The notes: generated by a model not told the origin, from the sequence alone. A stretch of DNA of 64,000 nt from an uncultured Candidatus Saccharibacteria bacterium (GCA_964629815.1 CAZVTA010000001.1:118357-182356), one strand, 5' to 3'; positions 38,135 to 50,578 are shown, counted from the first letter of the stretch. Made by a program: numbers and translations.

Positions 38135-38704
38135 TTAATAATCTATACCAGGGTTCGCGAGAAATTTATCGTCAAAATGATGTTTTATTTTGCTCATATC
38201 GGTAGCAATGTCGACGAGCGGTAAGAGTTTTTTTGGAAAATTGCGTCCGGTAAGACACAGGCTGGTGCTTGCGTGTTTTTTTTCGATGAGAGCACGAAGT
38301 TGATTTTCGGATAGCAGTCCGTCGTGTACGGCATTGTTTATCTCGTCGCAAATCACCAGCTGAAAATCTCCGCTGGTTGCGGCTTTGAAGGCTTCGTCAT
38401 ATGTGTGTTGTGCGGCAGCTTTGTGTTGTTCGGGAGTGATGTCTTGAGCGCTCAGTTCGCCAGCATTATAGAAGCCTTTGCCACCTTTATAGAAATGTAG
38501 TTGGTCTTTATAGAGCGGCAGAATGTCGCGAATGAACACATGTTCGCCAACGCCCCAATACTTTATAAACTGTATATACGCTACGTTCCATCTGCTGCCC
38601 AACGCCCGTACCAACAACCCTAGGCTCGCGCTAGTTTTTCCCTTGCCTTCACCCGTATACACCAGTACGACCGAATCTTTGCTATTAAAATCCTCGAAAC
38701 TCAT
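38135..38704 (-). CDS. cobO: cob(I)yrinic acid a,c-diamide adenosyltransferase (CobO/BtuR family)
   Basis: YTGEGKGKTS, QFIK, DEIN.A, LTGR, KH.F..GIDY. Confidence 0.9.
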   Translation of the reverse strand: MSFEDFNSKDSVVLVYTGEGKGKTSASLGLLVRALGSRWNVAYIQFIKYWGVGEHVFIRDILPLYKDQLHFYKGGKGFYNAGELSAQDITPEQHKAAAQHTYDEAFKAATSGDFQLVICDEINNAVHDGLLSENQLRALIEKKHASTSLCLTGRNFPKKLLPLVDIATDMSKIKHHFDDKFLANPGIDY

Positions 38705-38708
38705 ATAA

Positions 38709-39290
38709 CTATTCTACCTCGAATGTGAGCTGTCCTGGAACGACTTTTCGCCGACGAACTGCACGCTGATTATTTATCGCAGCTGTTACGGGCTCGAGGT
38801 GTCTTGGGTAGCAACAGCGCTTATTGTCGCACAAATGATCGAGCAAGTTAGAACCCGGGTGACCTACGAATTGCATGTATAATCCGCGGTGCGCCAGCAT
38901 AGGTACTTTGTCGAATGAATCACGGTTGTGGATCTGACCATAGCGCGCTCGTTTAATATTTGTGCCGGGGAATGTGTCGGTACCGTCTTTGTAGACGGGT
39001 TTTTCCCAACAGCCTAGCTCTGCATTGAACGTAATGTTGGCGATGTCTTTTGGTGATAGTAGTGGGCGATCGTTGGCAGCAATAAACGGCTCTGGTAAGC
39101 CTGAAGATTCAATAACAAGTGCTTGTAGGATGGCTAGCTCGGCAATGCTGAGCGCTAAAGGCGGTAGGACTTCGCCGCTGTCACGTACGACAGGGGCGCT
39201 GTGTTCGGCGTGTGTTAATTCAGTAGTACGAACTACAAAAAAATGTTCGCCACCACATAGATAAAATCTTTCGGCACACTCCTCTGTCAT
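38709..39290 (-). CDS. HNH / His-Me finger endonuclease family protein
   Basis: YG....AHR..Y..FVG....DHLCDNKRCCYPRHLEPVT...N. Confidence 0.8.
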   Translation of the reverse strand: MTEECAERFYLCGGEHFFVVRTTELTHAEHSAPVVRDSGEVLPPLALSIAELAILQALVIESSGLPEPFIAANDRPLLSPKDIANITFNAELGCWEKPVYKDGTDTFPGTNIKRARYGQIHNRDSFDKVPMLAHRGLYMQFVGHPGSNLLDHLCDNKRCCYPRHLEPVTAAINNQRAVRRRKVVPGQLTFEVE

Positions 39291-39315
39291 GCACCAAATA
39301 ATACTCTATTATGTA

Positions 39316-39543
39316 TTATGCGCGAAGTGCGAGGTCGATCTGTTCGCGGTCAAATCCAACAACTATGTGCCCGTTAATATCGATAACTGGCGTAACAATC
39401 TGTCCAACATTATCCATGACCCACTGAGCAGCTTTTGGGTTTTCGCTTACATCAATTTCTTTGATTTTTTGTTTCCGGCTCTTCAGGTATTCGCGCGCCA
39501 TATGACAGTATGCGCAGGTGGGAGAGGAATATAGTGTAATCAT
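39316..39543 (-). CDS. glutaredoxin-like protein (NrdH/YruB type)
   Basis: YSSPTCAYC, TPVI.I.G..VVGFD. Confidence 0.88.
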   Translation of the reverse strand: MITLYSSPTCAYCHMAREYLKSRKQKIKEIDVSENPKAAQWVMDNVGQIVTPVIDINGHIVVGFDREQIDLALRA

Positions 39544-39730
39544 AATCTTTATTATACGCCTTTCGCGCAAATTGTGCTTGTTTTGATGTGTCTATGACAG
39601 TAAATTTGTACTTCGGCAAAAACCTGTTGCGACATAGTAGTCACTCCTGTTATACTAGGTAAGAAATGAGCATACCTACCGCCATATTCATGACGAGTAC
39701 TGCCCTACTGGACAATACACAGGAGGCGCT

Positions 39731-40582
39731 ATGCTAAACTCTCTTCTAAAATTTGCAAATACCGATGGACCACACATTGCTTTAAGTCCGGAAAAGATTA
39801 CCGAAGTCGGTGGATTCACGATTAGTAATTCGATTATTTATGGATCGCTGTGTGCGCTATTGCTTGCCGTGCTACTTATTGTGGCGCGTTTTAAGATTCA
39901 CCGAAAAGCAGCCCGAGGATTCGCACAAATTGTAGAGATTTTGGTTGAATTTATTATTGGCCTCGTCGAAGGTCCGCTTGGTTCGCGCAAGAAAGCAGTA
40001 AAGTACGCCCCAATTTTTGGGACGTTTTTCTTGTTTATTATCTTTAGCAACCTCATGGGCTTATTGCCGATTGTTGGTCCTGGGGTGTTTGCGCGCACTG
40101 CCGAGGGCAATACACCGCTGTTCCGTCCATTTACTGCAGATCTTAATGGAACAATCGCTATGGCTGCCATCGCTATTATTACGATCCAGTATTTATCAAT
40201 TAAAGAGTCTGGGTTTCTTGGTCATTTAAAACACTACTTTACCGACAAGCCATTCAACCCGATCAATATGTTTATCGGAATCTTGGAGGTCTTCGGCGAG
40301 TTTACACGTATGATCAGCCTAAGCCTTCGACTATTCCTTAATACTGCCGTAGGAGAGATTCTTATTAGTGTCTTTGCTTACATAGGTAAAGATTTTCGTT
40401 CGTTTACTATTCTGCCTGTTGCCATGTTCGAGATGCTGGTAGCAGGAATTCAGGCGTACGTATTTACTGTACTGTGCGCAACGTATCTCGGGTTGGCCAT
40501 TAGCCATGGCCATCATGACGAAGAACATCCTGTCCACGAAGCCGACCCAGTGGTCGCGCAGCTGGAAGGTGATGTTACATAA
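39731..40582 (+). CDS. atpB: ATP synthase F0 subunit a
   Basis: NLMGLLP, PFTADLN, SLSLRLF (essential Arg), IQAYVF. Confidence 0.95.
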   Translation: MLNSLLKFANTDGPHIALSPEKITEVGGFTISNSIIYGSLCALLLAVLLIVARFKIHRKAARGFAQIVEILVEFIIGLVEGPLGSRKKAVKYAPIFGTFFLFIIFSNLMGLLPIVGPGVFARTAEGNTPLFRPFTADLNGTIAMAAIAIITIQYLSIKESGFLGHLKHYFTDKPFNPINMFIGILEVFGEFTRMISLSLRLFLNTAVGEILISVFAYIGKDFRSFTILPVAMFEMLVAGIQAYVFTVLCATYLGLAISHGHHDEEHPVHEADPVVAQLEGDVT

Positions 40583-40654
40583 GCCATTACAAAATATCCG
40601 CGAGATAGTTCGCTAAGCGGGCACTCGTGGTACTAAGGATAAAAAGGAGTACAA

Positions 40655-40921
40655 ATGGCACCACAATTAACACGATTTGCAGCAGAGGCTGCAGAAGTGG
40701 CACAAAGAGGCGGTTGGAACCCAACTGCAAGTAAAGCTTTCATGCTTGGTATTGCGTTTGCAGCAGCAGCGCTTGGCCTGGGTATGGTAGGTGCAAACTA
40801 CATGAAAGCATTGGGTCGTAACCCAGAAGCTGGTAAGGCTGCCGGCCAAATCGTTATTATCGCAGCCATGATCGAGGTTACAGCGCTTCTCGCCTTCCTC
40901 GGTGCGTTAATCGTTAAATAA
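40655..40921 (+). CDS. atpE: ATP synthase F0 subunit c
   Basis: GLGMVG, RNPEA loop, conserved Glu in MIEVT. Confidence 0.93.
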   Translation: MAPQLTRFAAEAAEVAQRGGWNPTASKAFMLGIAFAAAALGLGMVGANYMKALGRNPEAGKAAGQIVIIAAMIEVTALLAFLGALIVK

Positions 40922-40929
40922 AGGTATAT

Positions 40930-41484
40930 ATGCTCGAGCTTATTCAATTTGTTACATTCGCGTCGACAGCGGCAGAAGCCGAAGAAAAATCTGGTATTGC
41001 CGTATTGGGTATTGATCCAAAAGTAATTCTTTTGCAGGCAGGAACATTCTTGCTCTTGTTCTTTATTCTCAAAAAGTTTGCGCTAGAAAACATCGTGAAG
41101 ACGCTCGAGCAACGCCGAAAAACTATCGACAAAGGTGTTGAGTTGGGTTTGTCTATGCAGGCCCAGAAACGAGAGTTCGATGAAGACCTCAAAAAACTGC
41201 ATCATCAGGCTCGTGCGCAAGCCGATAAGATTATCGCCGAAGCTCATCAAGAAGCCGGTACGATTATCAAAGATGGCGAAGCAGCTGCCGCTAAGAAAGT
41301 TGATAGCATGCTTGCCGATGCGCAGGCGCGTATCGACCGTGAAATTACTTCGGCTCGTGAAGGTTTGCGTAATGAAATGCTTGCGTTGGTAAGTGAAGCA
41401 ACCGAAGTAATCCTAGAAGAAAAAATCGACGCCCAAAAAGACAAAGGTCTTATTGAGCGAGCATTGGCACGGGTAAAGGGTTAA
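40930..41484 (+). CDS. atpF: ATP synthase F0 subunit b
   Basis: LGID..Q..FLLLF..L, RR..I, coiled coil. Confidence 0.92.
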   Translation: MLELIQFVTFASTAAEAEEKSGIAVLGIDPKVILLQAGTFLLLFFILKKFALENIVKTLEQRRKTIDKGVELGLSMQAQKREFDEDLKKLHHQARAQADKIIAEAHQEAGTIIKDGEAAAAKKVDSMLADAQARIDREITSAREGLRNEMLALVSEATEVILEEKIDAQKDKGLIERALARVKG

Positions 41485-41485
41485 T

Positions 41486-41881
41486 ATGGCCAAGCCTAGC
41501 GTTCGTACTCTCGCAGAAGTGATGCTCAGTCGTATTGATGCGGGTGATTCATCGGCTGCAGTTGTAGAGCGCATGGCGGCGTATTTGGTTGCTGAGCGGC
41601 GTACCGCCGAAGCACCGGCAATTATTCGTGCGCTCGACCGGTTGCTGCTTGAAAAGCGCCATACACTGAATCTGACGGTTACGTCGCGAACATCAGTCGA
41701 TACTGCGCAGTTGAATGCAATCAAAGAGCTATTTTTAGCCCAGACACAAGCAAAACATGTACACATAGAAACCAAACAAGATTCGTCTGTAATTGGCGGT
41801 GTGTTGGTTGAGTCAGCCGACCACCGACTCGATTTGACCGTACGCCGGCAATTACAACGACTAAAAGGTGTGAAGAGATAA
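41486..41881 (+). CDS. atpH: ATP synthase F1 subunit delta (short form)
   Basis: Position plus C-terminal D.SVIGG.......DLTVR.QL. Confidence 0.85.
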   Translation: MAKPSVRTLAEVMLSRIDAGDSSAAVVERMAAYLVAERRTAEAPAIIRALDRLLLEKRHTLNLTVTSRTSVDTAQLNAIKELFLAQTQAKHVHIETKQDSSVIGGVLVESADHRLDLTVRRQLQRLKGVKR

Positions 41882-41895
41882 CAGGAGTACTATAT

Positions 41896-43422
41896 ATGGC
41901 ACAAGTAAGTATTAAAGACCTGAGTGCAGATATTCGAAAAGCCATCGATGCACTCAAAGTAAGCCCCGACGTAGAAACGGTCGGTATTGTAACGCGTATC
42001 GGTGACGGTATTGCATGGATATACGGGCTGTCTAACTGTGGTTATAACGAAATGATCGAAATTGAAACCAGTTCGGGCGTGGTTCCGGCTTTTGCGCTGA
42101 ACCTTATGGACGGCGAAATCGGTGCAGTACTCATGGACGAAGACGTAAAAGTGCGCGCTGGCGACCGAGCTAAACTAACGGGCCGCGTTATGGAGGTTCC
42201 TGTTGGCGAAGAGTTGGTTGGTCGTGTGGTTGATCCGCTTGGCCGTCCGCTCGACGACAAAGGACCAATTAAAACCAAGCATACCGGTCTTGTAGAGCGC
42301 CCTGCTCCGGGAGTGTTAGATCGAAAAAGCGTGCACGAACCACTCATGACTGGTCTTATGGGTATTGATGCCATGGTTCCGATTGGCCGTGGTCAGCGTG
42401 AGTTGATTATCGGTGATCGTCAGACAGGTAAGACAGCCGTTGCGATCGACACCATGATCAACCAATATCGCCAAAAAACTGGGGTTATCAACATCTATGT
42501 TGCGGTTGGCCAGAAGATGAGCAAAGTCTCGCGCATTATCGAGCGCCTAAAGCGCGAAGGTGTCATGGATCAGACTATCGTAGTTGCCACGGGCGCATCA
42601 GACCCTGCATCACTACAGTATCTTGCACCATATGCCGGTGCTGCCATGGGCGAATACTTCCGCGATAATGGCAAACATGCACTTATTATCTATGACGACC
42701 TTTCAAAGCATGCTGTTGCTTACCGACAAATGTCTTTGCTCCTTCGTCGCCCACCAGGTCGCGAAGCGTATCCGGGCGATGTTTTCTACTTGCACTCGCG
42801 CTTGCTCGAGCGCGCAGCTAAAATGAGCGACGCCAAAGGTGCTGGTAGTTTGACTGCCCTACCGATTATCGAGACGCAAGCGGGCGATATTAGTGCCTAT
42901 ATTCCAACCAACGTTATTTCGATTACCGACGGTCAGATCTTTATGGAAACCAACCTGTTCTATCAGGGTATTCGACCAGCGGTATCTGTAGGTCTTAGTG
43001 TTTCGCGTGTGGGTGGTAGTGCCCAGACTAAAGCCGTAAAGAGCGTGGCGGGTAGCTTGCGTCTGGACCTGGCACAGTTCCGTGAACTAGCTGCCTTTGC
43101 ACAGTTTAGTACCGACCTCGACCCAGAAACAAAGTCAAAGATTGAACGCGGCCAGCGCCTTACCGAGCTCCTAAAACAACCACAGTACAGCCCTTTGAGT
43201 GTGTGGGAACAAACAGCTTCGCTGTTAGCTGCCACAGAGGGTGCTTTTGACACGGTGCCGGTTGCAAAAATCAAAGAAGCCCAGAGTGCGCTTCTGCATG
43301 AACTGCATGCGCAGCACCGTAAAGCCATGGACGAGCTCAATAAGGGCGACAAGCCAACCGATGCAATTAAAGAAGCAATTCTTAGTGTTGCTAAAGGCAT
43401 CGCCGAAGGACTCGAGGGCTAA
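41896..43422 (+). CDS. atpA: ATP synthase F1 subunit alpha
   Basis: [30 protein letters not shown]. Confidence 0.98.
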   Translation: MAQVSIKDLSADIRKAIDALKVSPDVETVGIVTRIGDGIAWIYGLSNCGYNEMIEIETSSGVVPAFALNLMDGEIGAVLMDEDVKVRAGDRAKLTGRVMEVPVGEELVGRVVDPLGRPLDDKGPIKTKHTGLVERPAPGVLDRKSVHEPLMTGLMGIDAMVPIGRGQRELIIGDRQTGKTAVAIDTMINQYRQKTGVINIYVAVGQKMSKVSRIIERLKREGVMDQTIVVATGASDPASLQYLAPYAGAAMGEYFRDNGKHALIIYDDLSKHAVAYRQMSLLLRRPPGREAYPGDVFYLHSRLLERAAKMSDAKGAGSLTALPIIETQAGDISAYIPTNVISITDGQIFMETNLFYQGIRPAVSVGLSVSRVGGSAQTKAVKSVAGSLRLDLAQFRELAAFAQFSTDLDPETKSKIERGQRLTELLKQPQYSPLSVWEQTASLLAATEGAFDTVPVAKIKEAQSALLHELHAQHRKAMDELNKGDKPTDAIKEAILSVAKGIAEGLEG

Positions 43423-43426
43423 TTAT

Positions 43427-43891
43427 ATGCCTCGAAGAGATTATTTAGGCGAAGCCCATGGCCAGAGGCAGATTTTTGCTGCTGGAATAAAAGAAGGTCA
43501 ACGATTGGGGCGTGAAAGAGCGGATGCTGCTCATCATATCAGTTGTGCCGATGCGTATATTATGGGAGAGAAAGAATTTGTTAAGGATGATGGTAGGGGT
43601 GGCTATCGAAGATGGGGTAATGCTTTGTTTGTGGCGCTTGGATTTGACCTTTATAGTAGTTTAAGAAATCACATTGGAACCGTAGAGTTTGAAGAGCTTG
43701 AAGCTCGATTAGACGTGGTTATTGATTTTGTAGTTCAGGCGGCTTTGGCGGTTGAGCGTGGTGAGATAAAGCCAACACGAGGACAGCGTCATGCAGGAGA
43801 AACAGCAGAAACATTTCCGGTACCGACTGCAGAAGTTCTTGCTCGCTTAGGATTTGAGGCTCAGCCAGCAGTTGGGGATGTAGATGGCTAG
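43427..43891 (+). CDS. hypothetical protein inserted between atpA and atpG
   Basis: ATG 4 nt after the atpA stop; stop overlaps the atpG start by 8 nt. Confidence 0.7.
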   Translation: MPRRDYLGEAHGQRQIFAAGIKEGQRLGRERADAAHHISCADAYIMGEKEFVKDDGRGGYRRWGNALFVALGFDLYSSLRNHIGTVEFEELEARLDVVIDFVVQAALAVERGEIKPTRGQRHAGETAETFPVPTAEVLARLGFEAQPAVGDVDG

Positions 43892-44753
43892 TCGACAGCA
43901 GCTTAAAACACGCATTGGCTCGGTTAAAAATACCAAGCAAATTACCAAGGCTATGGAGCTGGTTAGTGCTAGTAAAATGCGCCGTGCCCAAGAGCTTGCT
44001 AATCGGAGCCGCGAATATCGAAATATGGCACGGCATATTCTGCTGCGACTCCGTGAATTGACCGACGTATCGAAACACCCGTTGTATGTGCAGCGTCCTG
44101 TAAACACGCGGCTACATATTGTAGTAACCAGCAACCGCGGGCTGGCTGGTGCGTATAACAGCAACGTACTGCGCCGCCTCACGACCGAACTGCAGGCCGA
44201 TAAAGACGCGGGTATTGCAAGCAAGGTTATTGTGGTTGGTAAACAAGGTGCAAAGTTTATTGTTCGGTTTGATGATGTTGAAGTATTAGCCGTCTATGCC
44301 GACTTCCCTGACCACCCGTCGGCCAACGATATTCGCCCAATTATGGAATCAGTCAAAGAAGCGTTTACAACTGGAGCAGTCGATGCGGTTGACGTGCTTT
44401 ATACCGACTACAAGTCAAGCATCAATCAAGAAGTAACCGCAGAACGAATTTTACCTGCTGCACACAGCGATACTGAAATTGAATCGGTTGAAGTTGTTGA
44501 TGTTGAGTTTGAGCCGTCGCCACAAACTGTGCTTAATGCCGTTACCGAACGACTTATCGAAGCACAGTTATCGCAGGCATTTTTAGAGTCGAGTGCCAGC
44601 GAACAGAGTATGCGCATGATGGCCATGAAGAGTGCAACCGACAATGCCAGCGACCTGATAGACGACCTAACACTTGCTTTTAACACAGCGCGCCAAGCAG
44701 CAATTACACAAGAACTCGCAGAAATTACCGGTGGTGTGGAGGCGATAAAATGA
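43884..44753 (+). CDS. atpG: ATP synthase F1 subunit gamma
   Basis: ITKAMELVSASK, RGLAGAYN, RMMAMKSATDNA, ARQAAITQEL.EI. Confidence 0.97.
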   Translation: MASRQQLKTRIGSVKNTKQITKAMELVSASKMRRAQELANRSREYRNMARHILLRLRELTDVSKHPLYVQRPVNTRLHIVVTSNRGLAGAYNSNVLRRLTTELQADKDAGIASKVIVVGKQGAKFIVRFDDVEVLAVYADFPDHPSANDIRPIMESVKEAFTTGAVDAVDVLYTDYKSSINQEVTAERILPAAHSDTEIESVEVVDVEFEPSPQTVLNAVTERLIEAQLSQAFLESSASEQSMRMMAMKSATDNASDLIDDLTLAFNTARQAAITQELAEITGGVEAIK

Positions 44754-45043
44754 GCGGGGTGCATGTAACTGGCCAGGTAGGCGCTGATATTGAAGCATTG
44801 GTTGGAGATGCTAAAGCGGGATATGCAGAGGCAATTGACAAGTTGGCATCTGGGTACGTTTCTACTGTAGAAGTTCGTACAGGTCGGTTTGGTGGTTTTC
44901 GTGGTGCAGAAGTGGTCGTCGATGAGACTGCTAGGCAAAACGCAATTTCGTTGATTGAAGCTATGATAGGAAGTATTGTTACAAAAGCATACCATTCTGG
45001 TCGCCAAGCAGAGAGCCTTGGTCGTGCGGAGGAAGCAAAATGA
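44750..45043 (+). CDS. hypothetical protein inserted in atp operon
   Basis: ATGA overlap with atpG, GGAGG SD. Confidence 0.65.
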   Translation: MSGVHVTGQVGADIEALVGDAKAGYAEAIDKLASGYVSTVEVRTGRFGGFRGAEVVVDETARQNAISLIEAMIGSIVTKAYHSGRQAESLGRAEEAK

Positions 45044-45530
45044 GCCAGCAAGAACTTGGTTTTCCGGACTACGTAAGTCTCGAACGTTACCCACACGAGC
45101 CGATTGTTAAGGACATGGCCATAGACCTTGTGACTATTGCCGAACAAAAAAGCAGCCGGCTACCCCGCCGAGTACGTAAAGCATTTCATAACAATAAAGA
45201 TCTAATCGTCAAAGGTGCGCAGTGGTCAACGACAATCTTTGTAACAGGACAATTTGAGTACGAGTCCGACTTGCAACAGCCGGAACTGTTTAGTGAAGTT
45301 CATGCCGACGCGTTGAATGAACGTGTGCTAAGAGGCGCTCAGTATGTGGGTGCAGCAATAATGCACGACGTAACACGGACTATGCCGTTTCGTTATCGCT
45401 ATAATCCGATCGTTCGTATTGATGATAAAAGAATGTCAGTAGCAGATTGGGCCGAGAACGTATGGGCACCAAACTATACCAAACGTTTTGTGATGGCCGC
45501 AACAATGCATGATGCTCGGGAGATGCAGTA

Positions 45531-45531
<1 letters not shown>
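45040..45531 (+). CDS. hypothetical protein inserted in atp operon
   Basis: ATGA overlap with previous ORF, GGAGG SD. Confidence 0.65.
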
Positions 45532-47579
<2,048 letters not shown>

Positions 47580-47580
<1 letters not shown>

Positions 47581-47822
47581 TGGGCGGCGGTGTTACAGGC
47601 TATGGTAGTGACGAACAGCCAAGAATTGGTGTAGGTTTTGACGGCTTGCAACCTGGTTGGGCACAAGATCATGTTGAGCTTCGCGCAGCCTTCTCAGACT
47701 GGCTAACAGGAAAATATCCAGAAGCGCGCGTATTGGGTGATGTGGTGGATGCGCGTAAAGCGGCTGCTGAACTTGGGGAACTTGCTATCTCGGATGCAGC
47801 CGAAGGATTAAACAATGCTTAG
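47580..47822 (+). CDS. hypothetical protein inserted between atpD and atpC
   Basis: TAATG overlap with atpD. Confidence 0.6.
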
Positions 47823-47875
47823 ATTCGAGATCGTTCAATAGGAGTGTAGTGATAGGTCGGGGTCTAACTGGTTAA

Positions 47876-47888
47876 ATGTGGTATAATA
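47876..47888 (+). promoter_or_regulatory. extended -10 promoter inside the atp cluster
   Basis: TGTGGTATAAT in a 98-nt gap upstream of ORF 47921 and atpC. Confidence 0.55.
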
Positions 47889-47920
47889 GTATGTATAAGT
47901 TATAAGTTGAGAGGCACAGA

Positions 47921-48184
47921 ATGGTGTACAAAGCTGAACAATCCAGAATAGATCGTGCGCGAGCGCATGCACAGACTGAAGCCATGGATCGAGCTGGTTT
48001 TACTGGAAGCAAAGAGGAATATGCGGGTCTTGATAGTATTAATAGTCTGGTACAGCAAAGATTGGGTTGGCTCGCGACACATCCTAGACCAGGTGAGAGC
48101 GGAGGCGCTTCTCAAGCTGCAATACATCGTGAAAAGCTAAGAATTAGAGCCGAGCTAGATACTTTAAGACGCCCGGATTATTAA
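47921..48184 (+). CDS. hypothetical protein immediately upstream of atpC
   Basis: GAGG SD; stop 4 nt before atpC. Confidence 0.6.
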   Translation: MVYKAEQSRIDRARAHAQTEAMDRAGFTGSKEEYAGLDSINSLVQQRLGWLATHPRPGESGGASQAAIHREKLRIRAELDTLRRPDY

Positions 48185-48188
48185 GAGA

Positions 48189-48623
48189 ATGATAAGGTTT
48201 GAGCTAGTCACATTGTCGGGTGTAAAGTCGCGCAGCGAAGTCTATGAAGTTGTGCTCCCTACCCCACAAGGTTATATTGCGGTGTTCCCAGAACATGCTC
48301 CGCTTGTTAGTATTGCGCAAACTGGTGTTATTAGTGTACGCCTTAAACAAGGCGATGCAGACGAGCGCATGAAGCACTATGCGGTCAATGGTGGTGTAAT
48401 AGAAATTGCCAATAACACGGTACGCGTGCTTGTAGACGAAGCTGATGACGAAGTAGATATTGTTGAGGCGGAGGTTCAAAAAGCATTGGCCGAGGCAAAA
48501 GAACTGGCAAAAAATGCGCGAGATTCGATATCGCTTGCTCAAGCACAAGCCCTCGTAGACAGACAATCAACACGTCTGCGCGTAGCAGAGCTGCGTCGTC
48601 GCAAACAAAGCACCATGCGCTAG
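48189..48623 (+). CDS. atpC: ATP synthase F1 subunit epsilon
   Basis: FELVT..G, V.LPT..G.I.VFPEHAPL, GG..EI....V.VL.D.A. Confidence 0.93.
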   Translation: MIRFELVTLSGVKSRSEVYEVVLPTPQGYIAVFPEHAPLVSIAQTGVISVRLKQGDADERMKHYAVNGGVIEIANNTVRVLVDEADDEVDIVEAEVQKALAEAKELAKNARDSISLAQAQALVDRQSTRLRVAELRRRKQSTMR

Positions 48624-48678
48624 TTGAAAATACTAGCAAGTAGTGTATAATACTAATTTTGTAAGATGAGGAATATGC

Positions 48679-49731
48679 ATGGTTGACTACGATCGCTCTG
48701 AAACTGTGCCTTGTGATCAAGCAGAACGCGAGGTTATGAATGTTGCCAGCACAATACCAAAAGGAGAAAGAATAGGAGCTATGGCTGTTGATCGAATGAT
48801 ACAAATTGAAAACGCCGGAATTATTGACTGTGGTGTACTGAGCGATATCAAGTGGCCCGGAAAAGTATCTGCCGCTGATATGGTTGAACAGGGTGAGACG
48901 ACCGAAGCTATTTTGAAGGAGGCGTTAAACCGAATCAATGACTACTATGTTGCGGTCAATCCTTCGGCAAAGACACGCTGCATAGACGGCCGACATGATC
49001 CTGAGCTCGACGAAGCACATTTAGGACCACAGGTGCCTGGTGGCGCTCCTGGTGCTGCACTTGCCTTTAGGCTTGGTGTCGATAAAGACGATCTTACGCG
49101 TGGAACATTCTTGTATGACGCAGAAACGATGATCGGGAGCTTTATGAGGCTAGGGTTTGCGCCCGGAGGTCATCGTGATGAACACAGTGAAGGTGAGCCT
49201 ACTGTTGGTTGTGGCGCGATTGATGGTATGGATAGAATCTTAGCAACCATGACAGAGCCAAGCCTTGTCGATGATCATAAACGGGTTGTCAAGAACCTAC
49301 TTGGTGGCCAGTTCGACAGAGACACCTATCTTCGGATTATGGGTGCGGCAGTCGTGGTTAATGGTCGTTCTGCGGACTACTTCCGTGGAAGAGAATCAAT
49401 TATTGACATCCTTGAGAAGAAGGCCAACAAAAGTATTGCGACACTAAAGGGCGATCATAAAGAGTGTTTTGTGATCGTAAACATGGTTCCAAATACGACG
49501 TTATCATCAAATAGATTCTCTCATGATTTTGGCGGCGTTCAGGCATTTGGTTATGATTTATGGAGATCACTTCAGATGGCAGGAAAGATATTGCCTCGTC
49601 CAGATCAGTCAGTGGACCGGGAGCGTTTTGTGATGGCTCGTGTAATGAGTACTGTCGCGACATTGATGGCTCTGACAGATGGTTCACAGCGACTTGTAAT
49701 ACGTATGCCAGCAGAAGCAAGAGCCAAGTAG
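48679..49731 (+). CDS. cadmium/zeta-type carbonic anhydrase-like protein (CDCA domain)
   Basis: RCIDGR, GPQVPGG, GGH..., GCG metal-ligand pattern (Cys, His, Cys). Confidence 0.72.
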   Translation: MVDYDRSETVPCDQAEREVMNVASTIPKGERIGAMAVDRMIQIENAGIIDCGVLSDIKWPGKVSAADMVEQGETTEAILKEALNRINDYYVAVNPSAKTRCIDGRHDPELDEAHLGPQVPGGAPGAALAFRLGVDKDDLTRGTFLYDAETMIGSFMRLGFAPGGHRDEHSEGEPTVGCGAIDGMDRILATMTEPSLVDDHKRVVKNLLGGQFDRDTYLRIMGAAVVVNGRSADYFRGRESIIDILEKKANKSIATLKGDHKECFVIVNMVPNTTLSSNRFSHDFGGVQAFGYDLWRSLQMAGKILPRPDQSVDRERFVMARVMSTVATLMALTDGSQRLVIRMPAEARAK

Positions 49732-49808
49732 TAAATACTACTGCACACAATATTTGATTTTTCTGCGCGTTCGTATTATCGTTGAGATATTAATTCATAG
49801 GAGGGGTT

Positions 49809-50531
49809 ATGCTCACGAGACAAAAGGTGGCCATGTTGGTCGCTGAGGTTTTTGGTACTACAACACTTGCGGTTGCGGTATATTCAATGGTTGCACGAAC
49901 ATCATTTCCATTGTTCGGCGGAATGGCAGCAGGTCTAACACTTGCACTTATGGTACTTGCGGTTGGCAAAGTATCGGGCGCACTGATTAACCCAGCGGTT
50001 ACTGTTGGTCTGTGGTCTATTCGCAAGCTTAAGACTACCAGCGCAATTATGCTGCTTGCAGCGCAAATGCTTGGTGGTGTTGCGGCGTGGTCGCTTATTA
50101 AATACTTTATTGGACGCCCGCTCGATAGCTTGGTGCAAGGTCCATTTGATTGGAAGGTGCTCATCGCTGAAGCGGTAGGAGCTATCGTATTCACATTTGG
50201 TCTTGCCTCTGCGGTATACCAAAAATATGAAGGCGGCAAACTAGCATTTGCAGCTGGCGCATCGCTCACACTTGGTATCTTGGTTGCTTCAATGGCAAGC
50301 AATGGTGTTATTAACCCAGCCGTTGCAGTCGGTCTACAATCATGGAGCTGGGCATATGCAGTTGGTCCGCTTATTGGTAGCGTTATTGGTATGAACCTAT
50401 ACGCACTGCTTTTTGAAGCAGACCTACCAAAAATTCGCGTCGTACGCGTCAATGCAAAACCAGCTGTTAAAGCAACTAAAGCTAAAGCAGCAAAAACTGT
50501 TACCAAAAAGACAGCAAAAAAGCGCAAATAG
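49809..50531 (+). CDS. aquaporin (MIP family) with Lys/Ala-rich C-terminal tail
   Basis: AEVFGT, SGALINPAVT, AEAVG, INPAVA, YAVGPLIG. Confidence 0.9.
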   Translation: MLTRQKVAMLVAEVFGTTTLAVAVYSMVARTSFPLFGGMAAGLTLALMVLAVGKVSGALINPAVTVGLWSIRKLKTTSAIMLLAAQMLGGVAAWSLIKYFIGRPLDSLVQGPFDWKVLIAEAVGAIVFTFGLASAVYQKYEGGKLAFAAGASLTLGILVASMASNGVINPAVAVGLQSWSWAYAVGPLIGSVIGMNLYALLFEADLPKIRVVRVNAKPAVKATKAKAAKTVTKKTAKKRK

Positions 50532-50548
50532 CTAAAAGAATATAAACC

Positions 50549-50578
50549 AAAAGACCCGTGGTTTATCACGGGTCTTTT
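50549..50578. terminator. bidirectional intrinsic terminator
   Basis: AAAAGACCCGTG..CACGGGTCTTTT. Confidence 0.8.

Noticed and set aside
40655-40921. Na+-coupled ATP synthase
   Set aside because: c subunit has E-V-T and no Gln in helix 1, so it lacks the Q..ES/T..Y Na+ signature; no atpR
43241-43426. N-terminal extension of ORF 43241-43891
   Set aside because: Overlaps atpA out of frame; ATG 43427 right after the atpA stop is the plausible start
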